From: a virus
Lineage: Duplodnaviria > Caudoviricetes
DNA length: 58,170 nucleotides
Reading direction: 5' to 3' (one strand)
IMG/VR virus record: IMGVR_UViG_3300028592_000013
Span: 1-58,170 of that record
Positions 17,591 to 25,939 of this stretch are shown piece after piece. Position 1 is the first letter of the stretch; every line of letters begins with the position of its first letter. The notes beneath the pieces were generated by a model. The model searched no databases. It was given only the letters and a program-made list of their open reading frames with translations, and was not told where the DNA came from. A program made the position numbers and the translations under genes.

Positions 17591-18034
17591 ATGGCTGCTG
17601 TAGCAGATCGTGATCTGAGTCGTGCGCTCATGGTGACGCGCACCGTGGAGACGGGACAGACCGTCGCCAAGTACCGAGTCGTCAAGGACGGCAACGCCGA
17701 CCATGAGTGCCAGCACGCCGCTGCTGGCGAGCTCGGCTTCGGCGTGGTCGTCTCGATTGGCGACAACACCGACGTTACCGCTGGCGCCGCTGGCGATCGC
17801 GTGACCGTCGCGCTGCTGGCGGGTGCCTGCATCATCCCCGTGCTCGTCGGCACCGGTGGCGCGACTCGCGGCGTGCTCCAACAGGTCGTCTCGGACGGCG
17901 TGACGGACGTGACCCCGAACGGCGCCCCGAGCTCCGGCGTGCTCGTCGGTGCGGTCGGCATCGCAACTCAAACCGGTGTCGCTGGCGACATCATCGGGCT
18001 GATCCCGGCCCCGAGCTTCGTGCTCGAGGAGTGA
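17591..18034 (+). CDS. capsid cement/decoration protein (DUF2190-like)
   Basis: Small Gly/Val/Ala-rich protein between protease and MCP; AAGDRVTV...VGIATQTGVAGDIIGL. Confidence 0.75.
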   Translation: MAAVADRDLSRALMVTRTVETGQTVAKYRVVKDGNADHECQHAAAGELGFGVVVSIGDNTDVTAGAAGDRVTVALLAGACIIPVLVGTGGATRGVLQQVVSDGVTDVTPNGAPSSGVLVGAVGIATQTGVAGDIIGLIPAPSFVLEE

Positions 18035-18042
18035 CCTGAACC

Positions 18043-19200
18043 ATGAACACGGCAACTGAAATGCGACAGATCGCTCCCAAGAACGAAGTCGCCAACCCGC
18101 GCACTCAGAAGGCGCTCGACTTCCAGCGCTGGGCCGATGAGGTCCGCAACCTGCTCGACGGCAGGACGCCGGAAGACCAGAAGAAGGTCGCCGCCGCGAA
18201 CGATGCCTTCCTCCGTGGGCTCGCGGCTCCGCGTTATTCCCCGGTGGATGGCACGATCAAGGCCGTGACGCCCACCGCGGTGCACGTCGACTCGCTGCTT
18301 GCTGGCTTCAGCAAGATGTACGCGAACGACGAGTACATCGGTGAGCGCCTCATGCCGGTCGTGCCGGTGGCGAAGCGCTCGGACAAGTACAGCGTCTATC
18401 CGAAGCGGGAGCGGTTCGCTGCTCCCGACGATCGGATCGGCCACCGCGCGAGCCCCAACGAGATCGAGTCCACCCGCTCGACGGACAACTACTCGGTCGA
18501 GGACTTCGGGTTCAAGAACTTCCTGGACCTGGAGACCGCGGTCAACGAGGACGCGCCACTGACGGAGATGGTCGACCTCGTCGAGTCCATCAACGAGCTC
18601 ATGGCGCTCAAGCGCGAGGCTCGCATCGCAAGCATCGTGGTGACGTCGGGTAACTACGACGGCAACACGGGCGCGATCACCAGCACGAACTGGAATGACT
18701 CGACCGGTGGCACGATCATCGGCGACATCCAGAACGCGGTGAGTTCGCTCTACGCGGGACAGACCCCGACCAAGATCGTGGGCGTGTGCCCGATCGGCGT
18801 CTGGAACTCCGGCATCTTCAACAACCCTGCGCTGGCCGAGCGCTTCAAGTACACGGCTGGCGGGGCGACGCTGCCTCAGCAAGTGGCGACGTTCTTCGGG
18901 CTGGACGAGCTCTACATCTGCAAGGCTCGCCACCAGACCGCGAACGAGGGCCAGACGGCGGCGTACGCGCGGATGTGGTCGACGGACGTGTTCGCGGTGC
19001 TCCGCGTGGCTCAGCGCCCGACGCGGCGTTCGCTGCACTTCGGCTCGACCTTCCGGATGAACGGCGACCCGTTCACCTCGCAGTGGTCGGACCCGGGCGT
19101 GGGCAAGCGCGGCGGCATCTGGGCCCGCGTGTCGGTCAGCGAAGACCACAAGGTCGTTGCTGGTGACGCGGGCTTTTTGCTGACCGGTCTGCTGACTTGA
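18043..19200 (+). CDS. major capsid protein
   Basis: HVDSLLAGFSKMYANDEYIGERLMPVVPV...Y, REARIA, FGSTF, GDAGFLL motifs; synteny. Confidence 0.9.
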   Translation: MNTATEMRQIAPKNEVANPRTQKALDFQRWADEVRNLLDGRTPEDQKKVAAANDAFLRGLAAPRYSPVDGTIKAVTPTAVHVDSLLAGFSKMYANDEYIGERLMPVVPVAKRSDKYSVYPKRERFAAPDDRIGHRASPNEIESTRSTDNYSVEDFGFKNFLDLETAVNEDAPLTEMVDLVESINELMALKREARIASIVVTSGNYDGNTGAITSTNWNDSTGGTIIGDIQNAVSSLYAGQTPTKIVGVCPIGVWNSGIFNNPALAERFKYTAGGATLPQQVATFFGLDELYICKARHQTANEGQTAAYARMWSTDVFAVLRVAQRPTRRSLHFGSTFRMNGDPFTSQWSDPGVGKRGGIWARVSVSEDHKVVAGDAGFLLTGLLT

Positions 19201-19207
19201 ACTCCCC

Positions 19208-19627
19208 ATGAGTCGAGCAAGCAGAAGGGCGCAGCGGGAGGCCGAGGCGAGAGCCAACGTCGAACCGTCTGCGCCCGAAGCTTCCCCGCTGGCCGTCCAC
19301 GACGAGACGCAGCTCAGCGAGCCAGAGGCGCTCCCGGAGCCTACGCCGGCCGAGGAAGCGCCAACCGAAGGGCCCCCGGCCGAGGCCGTCGAGGCGGCGG
19401 AAACGCAGCCAGCGGCCGAGCCTGAGCCGCCCCAGCCCGTGGCGCCCTTCACGTTCACCGACGAGGGCCGACCCTTCGATGCCTTGCCGGAGCCGAGCGG
19501 CGTGCGCTGCGAGGCGCTCGTCAACGTGCTCTGGCGCGGCATGACCGCCGGCCCCGGTACCGTCATCGTCGTTGACAGCAAGGACGTCGAGCGACTCGAG
19601 CGCAAGCAACTCGTCAAGCGTCTCTGA
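19208..19627 (+). CDS. Pro/Glu-rich head-associated protein
   Basis: Low-complexity PEA-rich N-terminus plus small C-terminal domain (GPGTVIVVDSKDVERL); follows MCP. Confidence 0.6.
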   Translation: MSRASRRAQREAEARANVEPSAPEASPLAVHDETQLSEPEALPEPTPAEEAPTEGPPAEAVEAAETQPAAEPEPPQPVAPFTFTDEGRPFDALPEPSGVRCEALVNVLWRGMTAGPGTVIVVDSKDVERLERKQLVKRL

Positions 19628-19630
19628 CCC

Positions 19631-20086
19631 ATGGCCGACCTGATCACCATCGAGCAGCTCGAGGCGAGACTGTCGGCCACTGGTGTAACGCGGCTCTACG
19701 ACGACGACAATGACGGCGAGGCTGACGATGAGCCGATCGCGCAGCTCTGCCGCGATGCGTCCTCGAAGGTGCGTGGCAAGCTGGGCCCAGTCTACGACCC
19801 CGACAATATCACTGCCGACGCGGCCGATGAGGTCGTGCGCGTGGCGCTGGACCAGGCGTTCGCCATGGCCGTCCAGCGCTTCCCCGAGGTCATGAAGTTC
19901 CACGACTGGGAGAAGCTCATGGCCCAGGCCGACAAGGACCTGAAGGAGCTTCGCAACGGCATGGCCAACCTCGGCGTGAACACCCCACCGGAGCCTGCCG
20001 CGAACCAAGGCGGCCGGGTCACATCCGGCAACCCGAACCGACCGACCCCGAGAAAGCGCTTCAGCGACAACTGGGGCGACTTCTGA
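19631..20086 (+). CDS. head-tail adaptor (Mu gp36/DUF1320-like)
   Basis: LITIEQLEARL...LYDDDNDG...DASSKVRGKL...LKELRNGMANLG. Confidence 0.8.
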   Translation: MADLITIEQLEARLSATGVTRLYDDDNDGEADDEPIAQLCRDASSKVRGKLGPVYDPDNITADAADEVVRVALDQAFAMAVQRFPEVMKFHDWEKLMAQADKDLKELRNGMANLGVNTPPEPAANQGGRVTSGNPNRPTPRKRFSDNWGDF

Positions 20087-20646
20087 TGTCCTCCCTCACC
20101 TGCTCCGTCTCCACCGAGGAGATCAAGCCGCTCATCGTCGGCACGCGACGGCTGATGGCCTCAGGTACGGCTCGAGCAGTGCGCGTGGCTCTCGACGAGG
20201 GAGCCGATTACGCGCGCAAGAACCATCAGCATCAGCGCCGCACGGGGCAGCTTACGTCGAAAGAGAACCTCTACGGCGAGATGAAGGGCGCCAACGACGA
20301 CGGCGCTTGGGGCTACCTGACCAACATCACGCCCTGGGTTCGAGTCATCGAATTCGGCAGCAAGGCGCACGACATCTGGCCCAAGGCTGGCCACGGCATG
20401 ATCGGCCCGCTGCGCAACAGCCAGACGCGCCGAGCCAGCGGTCGAGGCCCTCACGAGCACATCGTTGGACGCGGGCTCGCTCTGCGCTTCCGTGTCGGTG
20501 GTCGAATCGTTTTTGCCAAGCGCGTCCGCCATCCAGGGACGCAGCCTCTTGCGTTCATGTATCCAGCGGCGGACTACGCCGGCACCGTGATTGCGCGCGA
20601 GACCGAGAACGTCACGTTCGTTCGTGTCGCGAAGCTCTGGGAGTAG
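20086..20646 (+). CDS. neck/tail completion protein (HK97 gp10-like)
   Basis: RTGQL...VIEFGSKAHDI...ALRFRVGGRIVFAKRVRHPGTQPLAFMYPA. Confidence 0.75.
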   Translation: MSSLTCSVSTEEIKPLIVGTRRLMASGTARAVRVALDEGADYARKNHQHQRRTGQLTSKENLYGEMKGANDDGAWGYLTNITPWVRVIEFGSKAHDIWPKAGHGMIGPLRNSQTRRASGRGPHEHIVGRGLALRFRVGGRIVFAKRVRHPGTQPLAFMYPAADYAGTVIARETENVTFVRVAKLWE

Positions 20647-20649
20647 CCC

Positions 20650-21372
20650 ATGCCACACCGCTCTGGCGCGCTAACTCTCCCGGCGCCGGTGCCCGAGGAA
20701 GGCGAGTCGCTCGGCGATCCGGCGATCGACATCCTCGCCGCGTACTTCAGCGCGGTGCTCACGGCGTGGCTAGGTGATGCTTGGATCGCCGTCGCTCCCG
20801 GCGAGCCCGTCGTGCGCACCGTCTACAAGCACGACCCGGAAGAGATCGACTTCCGGTCCAACGATCTGCCGCTCCTGTGCCTCTGGCGCGAGGGCGACAC
20901 GAGCCCAAAGAATCTCGCGGACGGCTACCAGGAGATGGAGTCGACGCTGAATGTGCTGTGGGTGCCGCCGCCGGCGCCACAGACCAAGAGCAGTCGGCGC
21001 CACTCGTTCCTTTCGGCCTTTTCGAAGGCTATCGCGCTCGCGGTCAAGCACGAGCGCGACCCGTCCTACGTGCGCGCTAGCGACCCTTCGAGTGCCGAGG
21101 CTGCCTACTTCGGCTCCGACGTCCAGGCGCTCGCCGACATCGATTGGTGGCGCCTGCAGCGCGTTACCCGCGTGCCAGTGGACGTCGGCGACGGCTCGCG
21201 CAGCTACCCCGCGTATCTGGCGACGCTCCTGATCGGTGAGACGACCGAGACCGACCCGGCGGCGTGGAACGAGGCCGAGCCGACGGTCATCGACGCCAAC
21301 ATGACTACCGGCGGCGACTCGCCGCTGACGACTCAGAGGATCCTGCTCCCGCCTGACGCGGATGAGCCCTGA
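20650..21372 (+). CDS. putative tail terminator
   Basis: DLPLLCLWREG motif; position between neck and sheath genes. Confidence 0.55.
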   Translation: MPHRSGALTLPAPVPEEGESLGDPAIDILAAYFSAVLTAWLGDAWIAVAPGEPVVRTVYKHDPEEIDFRSNDLPLLCLWREGDTSPKNLADGYQEMESTLNVLWVPPPAPQTKSSRRHSFLSAFSKAIALAVKHERDPSYVRASDPSSAEAAYFGSDVQALADIDWWRLQRVTRVPVDVGDGSRSYPAYLATLLIGETTETDPAAWNEAEPTVIDANMTTGGDSPLTTQRILLPPDADEP

Positions 21373-21387
21373 GCTGGAGAAAGCAGT

Positions 21388-21927
21388 TTGGACAGCAGTT
21401 TGGACATTCTTCGCGTCTACCCGAACCCGTGGTCAGCACGGGACAAGCAAGGTGTGCCCTGCGGCGTCTGCCCGCGTGACCCCGAGTCCGATGGTGGCTC
21501 GCCGGGGCAGTTCGTCGGCGCGCGCGTCGACAGGAAGCGCACTCACCTCCTCCAGGAGCTGAAGAAGGGCGACGATCTTCGCTCGCCCATCCAGCGGACT
21601 TTCTACGAGTTCATGGGCATCGCCAGCGATGACCCGGAGCTCGCCACCAAGCTGTTTTCCGCGGCCCCGATCGAGGTTCCGCGAACCAAATACTACCGGG
21701 CCCGACTGCGCGATCGGTCGCTGATCCCCGCCGACGCCGAGACCGCGAAGGCCGGCAAGCTGCGGTTCATCCCGATCGCTGATCGGCTGAAGTGCGCCGC
21801 GGCGCCTCAAGCGGTCGAGCAATCGCCCGAGCCGGTGGCGGCGCCTGAGACTGCCACTCAGCCGGACCCGCCGCCCGAACGCTCGAAGAGCAAGTCCAAG
21901 TTCACCACCGAGAGGGCTGACCAGTGA
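21388..21927 (+). CDS. hypothetical protein preceding sheath (Mu gp38 position)
   Basis: YYRARLRDRSLI resembles the Y..RL.DG.L motif of DUF2635-like proteins; TTG start after GGAG. Confidence 0.6.
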   Translation: MDSSLDILRVYPNPWSARDKQGVPCGVCPRDPESDGGSPGQFVGARVDRKRTHLLQELKKGDDLRSPIQRTFYEFMGIASDDPELATKLFSAAPIEVPRTKYYRARLRDRSLIPADAETAKAGKLRFIPIADRLKCAAAPQAVEQSPEPVAAPETATQPDPPPERSKSKSKFTTERADQ

Positions 21928-23687
21928 TCATCATCGTTGGCTTCACCGAAGACGACAAAGTTCCTGGCACCGTTGCGGTCAACACGTGGGGCGCTGGCCG
22001 GCAGTCCATCGGCGCCATCCCGCTGATCCTGACGCTCTACGGCAACAAGACCTCCGGCGGCAGCGCGACGCTCGATGAGCGCGTGGCCTGCACCAGCGTC
22101 GAAGAGGCCGACGCGCTCTGCGGGGCGCGCTCCGAGCTCGGGCGCATGGCTCACGCCGCGCTCGACATCCCGGGCGTTGCGCTGATGCTCGTGCCGGTCG
22201 AAGAGGCTGCGGGCGCCACGGCCGCGCAGTTCACGATCGCCATCGGCGGCTCGTGGTCGACCAGCGGCGAGATCCTGGTCCAGCTCGACGAGGTGATCAT
22301 CCGCGTTCCGGTGGCCGCCAGCCACACGGCGACGACCTTCGGCGATGCGCTCGAGGACGCGGTCAACGCCGCCCAGGACGGGCGCCTGTTCTGCTCGGCG
22401 CTGAACTCGGCCGGCACCGTGGTGATGACCGTGGCGAGCGCGGGCGTGCGCGGAAACCAGCACATCGGCTTCCTGGACGCCTCGAACAAGCCGAGTGGCA
22501 TGACGATCTCGATCACCCGCAACACCGCGGTCACGCGGAGCGGCGGCACCAGCGGGCCCGCCATCACCGTTTCTGGCAGCGACGAGACGACCACTCAGTT
22601 CGTGATCACGATCACGACCGGCGGCGCCAACGGCACGGCCGAGTTCTCGATCACCGGCAACGGAGAGAGCATCGCCACTGGCGTCACCGTGCCTACCACG
22701 CCGTTCACGTACGCCGTGCCCGGGACGACCGACACCGTGGTCACGTTTGGCAATGGCACCCACGTACTGAACGAAGCTCACACGTGGTCGACCGCCGGCA
22801 ACAACGAGAACGGCGGCGTGTTCTTCTTCCTCGGCGCCGGCACTGACGACATCGAGGACGCGCTGGACGCGACCGACACCGTCACCAACGACTACGTCGC
22901 GGCGGCGCACAACGACTCGGTGAACGTGGGCAAGATCGAGACTCACGTGAACGCCAAGGCGGCCTTCGACGTGGGCCGACTCGAGAACTACGTGGTGGCG
23001 AGCAACGGCTCGATGACCGCGGCGATCGCGCTCGGTCAGGCCGCGATGAACGACCGCCTTGGGTCCTGCATCTGGGACCAGTACGGCGTCGAGCACCCGA
23101 GCCGTACGGCGGCACGCGCGGCTGCACTCTTCAGCGTCACCGAGGGCGCTCAGCCCAACACGAACTACGACGACATGCCGCTGCCGGGCGCGGCTCCGCA
23201 CTACCGTGACGCGGATGTGCCGAGTCGGCCGACGCTCAAGGCGGCGCTCAACAACAGCCTGACGCCGCTCGTCACGGTCAACGGCGTGAAGCAAATCGTG
23301 CGCGCCATCTGCTCGCGGTCGCTGAACGGCAGCGTGCCGGACTACCGCACCTACGACCGCGCCGACGTCATCGTGCCGATCCGCATCCGCAAGGAGCTCG
23401 TGGTCATCGGCAACCAGATGCGCGCCGAGAACCCCTACGCCGGGCCCGACGTTGGCGAGGGGCTTCCGCCAATCGGCACGTTCACGCCGATGCTCTGGAA
23501 CGCCAAGGTCCAGGCGAATCTCGAGCTCTGGGCGTCGCCCCAGTTCAACTGGATCACCGACGTGGCCAGCAACCTGCCCGAGAGCGAGTGGAACAGCAAC
23601 GCCAAGCGCGTGATGAGCGTCGTGCCCGTCGTCGCGAAGCCGCAGAACCATCAACTCGGGGTCGAAGTCCGGCAAGTGGCCGCCTGA
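21924..23687 (+). CDS. contractile tail sheath protein (Mu gpL-like)
   Basis: VPGTVAV...EADALCGARSELGRM...ALNNSLTPL...IVRAI; 587 aa; followed by tube-sized gene. Confidence 0.9.
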   Translation: MIIIVGFTEDDKVPGTVAVNTWGAGRQSIGAIPLILTLYGNKTSGGSATLDERVACTSVEEADALCGARSELGRMAHAALDIPGVALMLVPVEEAAGATAAQFTIAIGGSWSTSGEILVQLDEVIIRVPVAASHTATTFGDALEDAVNAAQDGRLFCSALNSAGTVVMTVASAGVRGNQHIGFLDASNKPSGMTISITRNTAVTRSGGTSGPAITVSGSDETTTQFVITITTGGANGTAEFSITGNGESIATGVTVPTTPFTYAVPGTTDTVVTFGNGTHVLNEAHTWSTAGNNENGGVFFFLGAGTDDIEDALDATDTVTNDYVAAAHNDSVNVGKIETHVNAKAAFDVGRLENYVVASNGSMTAAIALGQAAMNDRLGSCIWDQYGVEHPSRTAARAAALFSVTEGAQPNTNYDDMPLPGAAPHYRDADVPSRPTLKAALNNSLTPLVTVNGVKQIVRAICSRSLNGSVPDYRTYDRADVIVPIRIRKELVVIGNQMRAENPYAGPDVGEGLPPIGTFTPMLWNAKVQANLELWASPQFNWITDVASNLPESEWNSNAKRVMSVVPVVAKPQNHQLGVEVRQVAA

Positions 23688-23756
23688 GCCGCGAGTAGGG
23701 CCCGAGCAACGACCAACGACTAGTGCCGCTCGCCGCTGGCGAGGGCGGAGACGTGT

Positions 23757-24134
23757 ATGGCGAATCCGAGAATCAAGGGCTTCAGCCTCTACTACAAGAG
23801 CAAGCGATGGGCGACGTTGCAGAACGCGACGTACACCATCAAGTCCGGTGACACGCAGGAGCTCGCCGATGGCGGCGCGTTCAACACCGATGGCATCGTG
23901 ACCATCGAGATCAGTTGCGACACGATCGTGCCCCTGAGCGGCACGGGTGTGAGCGTCGTGCTCGATGCGATCTCGCACAACGACGTGCAGATCACGGTCG
24001 GCATCGTGGACGGCAAGATTCACGAGCTCGAGGACTGTCGCAACACCGAGTGCACGTTCACGAGCGAGACTACGACCGGTAAACTCACCGGCAAGTTCAC
24101 GTGGCACGGATCGCTGCCGAGAATTTCGGGCTGA
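23757..24134 (+). CDS. tail tube protein
   Basis: 125 aa beta-rich protein directly after sheath; RBS GGAG. Confidence 0.8.
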   Translation: MANPRIKGFSLYYKSKRWATLQNATYTIKSGDTQELADGGAFNTDGIVTIEISCDTIVPLSGTGVSVVLDAISHNDVQITVGIVDGKIHELEDCRNTECTFTSETTTGKLTGKFTWHGSLPRISG

Positions 24135-24223
24135 AGACGAACTAGCAAGTGACGCGGCGGGGAGCCGCGACAGACCTCGAGGACGAATCGGGGGCAGTCA
24201 CTTACGGAAGGTAGAGCCGTAAG

Positions 24224-24859
24224 TTGAAGCTGAGAGAGCTTGCCAAGGGTACGCGCGCGGTGAAAGCCGTGCCGTTCCGACTGGCCAATGCCCCCGAGCC
24301 ACCGCCTGAGGAAGGCCAAGATCCGCACGTCCACATGGTGGGTGTGCGGGTGATGACCGGCGACGAGATCGCCGCGGCCTACGAGAAAGCTCAGACCGAC
24401 GTCGCCAAGCGCGGCGTCGCCCAATGGCTCGACACGCACCCTCTGTGTCGACTGTACCTGATGGCCCACACGCTGGCCGTCGCGTGCGTCGACAACGAGG
24501 CGCGTGACGAGCCTTTTTTCGTTTCCGCGCAGCAGGTGATGTCGAGCCCCGAGGTCGGCGGCGATAACATCGCCTACCTGTTCGAGCAGCAGCAGGCGTG
24601 GCAAGCGGAGAGCGCGCTCGACGCCAAGGGCAAGACACCCGAGGAGGTGATCGGGCTCCTGGCGATGGAGGCGGCGCGCACCGAGAACGCCGAGAGCCCT
24701 TTCGACCGTATGCCGCGCGCTACGCTCGTGAGCTGTTTGCGTTCTTCGGCACGCCTGCTCACGACCTTACTGATGGGCAACTCGGATACTGGCTCCTCCG
24801 ACGACTCGAATTCGAGCGAGACGCCGAAGAACAGCGAAAGCGAAAGTAGCGGTGGCTAA
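24224..24859 (+). CDS. tail assembly chaperone (gpG-like)
   Basis: Position after tube; contains slippery heptamer C CCT TTC at 24697-24703. Confidence 0.75.
   Translation: MKLRELAKGTRAVKAVPFRLANAPEPPPEEGQDPHVHMVGVRVMTGDEIAAAYEKAQTDVAKRGVAQWLDTHPLCRLYLMAHTLAVACVDNEARDEPFFVSAQQVMSSPEVGGDNIAYLFEQQQAWQAESALDAKGKTPEEVIGLLAMEAARTENAESPFDRMPRATLVSCLRSSARLLTTLLMGNSDTGSSDDSNSSETPKNSESESSGG
24697..24849 (+). CDS. -1 frameshift extension of tail assembly chaperone (gpGT-like)
   Basis: -1 frame reads RPYAARYARELFAFFGTPAHDLTDGQLGYWLL, resembling the T-segment of G/GT chaperones. Confidence 0.7.
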   Translation, partial: PFRPYAARYARELFAFFGTPAHDLTDGQLGYWLLRRLEFERDAEEQRKRK

Positions 24860-25388
24860 CTTCGCGCAGCTCACCTCCGAGCCGCGAGCCCCGGGCAAGA
24901 CCATCCTGCTCGAGCCGTGGGTCTTCGCCGACGAGTGGGCGAGCAGGCCCAAAGAAACGATCTGCGTCGGGCTCCGCCTGGTCTCCGAGGCGGACAAGAA
25001 CAAGGCTCGAGCCGAGGCTGAGAAGATCGCCAGCGAGTACCACCCGAACGGCGGCGACCCATGGGTTGAGGCCTACGAGGGCGCGCTGATTCGCCAGGTG
25101 GTGGCGCACGGAATCTGCGACCCGAACGACGTCAGTAAACCCTGTCATCTGCTGCGCTACGCCGAGGAAGAGGTGCGGATCGCGCTCTCCACGCCGGGCG
25201 CCGAGCACGTCTTCGAGCAGCACCGGCGCTACGAGGTCGAGACGAGCGCGATCGAGCCGCTGGCTGACAACGACGACGCCGCAGAACTTGCCGCGCTGCT
25301 CACCAGCACGGACATCGAGAAGGCGTCGGCTGGGCTCCGGCGCAGCATTCACAACGTGCTAACGAGACTCGCGGCGCTCAGCGGCTGA
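24852..25388 (+). CDS. second tail-assembly-chaperone-like protein
   Basis: VGLRLVSEAD...VAHGICDPND aligns by eye with VGVRVMTGDE...LAVACVDNEA of the preceding gene. Confidence 0.6.
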   Translation: MANFAQLTSEPRAPGKTILLEPWVFADEWASRPKETICVGLRLVSEADKNKARAEAEKIASEYHPNGGDPWVEAYEGALIRQVVAHGICDPNDVSKPCHLLRYAEEEVRIALSTPGAEHVFEQHRRYEVETSAIEPLADNDDAAELAALLTSTDIEKASAGLRRSIHNVLTRLAALSG

Positions 25389-25905
25389 CGCTCTTGCGCA
25401 TGCGGTCGATGATGCGGCCGACGAACTCGCCGTGGTCATCGTCGGGCAGCATGACGGGAGCGGTCGGGGCGTCGTCGTAGATGGCAGCAAGCCCGAAGTC
25501 ATCGACCTGATAGCCGCGCGCTCTGGCGCTGGCCACGAGATCCAGGAACAGTCCACGGGTCGCGTCGAGGCACTCATGGGCGAACAGCTCCTGCCTGTGC
25601 ATGCGGTCGAGTTCACGCCGGGCGCCGTCAATCTGGCCCGCGTACCAGCCGACCCGCTCCGCCGAGACCTCTACTAGTTCCGCATCGTCGAAGCACTCGC
25701 GAGCCTCGGCAAGGCGCCGCCTCCAGACCAGTAGCTCGACGTCGAGCAGCTCAATGGCCTCGCGCAGCTCACGCCCACGAGCTCGAGCCTGCCTCCAGTC
25801 GTCGGCGTGAACCCGAAGTTTGCGACCGAGTTCGTCGCGCGTCCGCCGAGTGTCCGAGGGCTCTGACCCAGGGCCGAACAGGGCGCGCAGGAACTCGCGA
25901 ATCAC
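25378..25905 (-). CDS. antisense hypothetical coiled-coil protein (moron-like)
   Basis: Only sensible ORF in the gap before the tape measure gene; opposite strand. Confidence 0.65.
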   Translation of the reverse strand: MIREFLRALFGPGSEPSDTRRTRDELGRKLRVHADDWRQARARGRELREAIELLDVELLVWRRRLAEARECFDDAELVEVSAERVGWYAGQIDGARRELDRMHRQELFAHECLDATRGLFLDLVASARARGYQVDDFGLAAIYDDAPTAPVMLPDDDHGEFVGRIIDRMRKSVSR

Positions 25906-25939
25906 CCGCTGACCGTAACCCCGCGATCAGACCGCCGCA

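Noticed and set aside
21382-21405. 12-bp tandem duplication AGCAGTTTGGAC x2 at a gene start
   Set aside because: Only two copies, in frame; no evidence for phase variation or an array.
16903-24107. Long antisense ORFs (352, 570, 749 aa) opposite structural genes
   Set aside because: Shadow frames expected from high GC3 codon bias; no motifs or RBS.
24131-24200. Hammerhead-like CTGAAGA core after the tube gene
   Set aside because: No correctly placed GAAA or stem II; it includes the tube stop codon.
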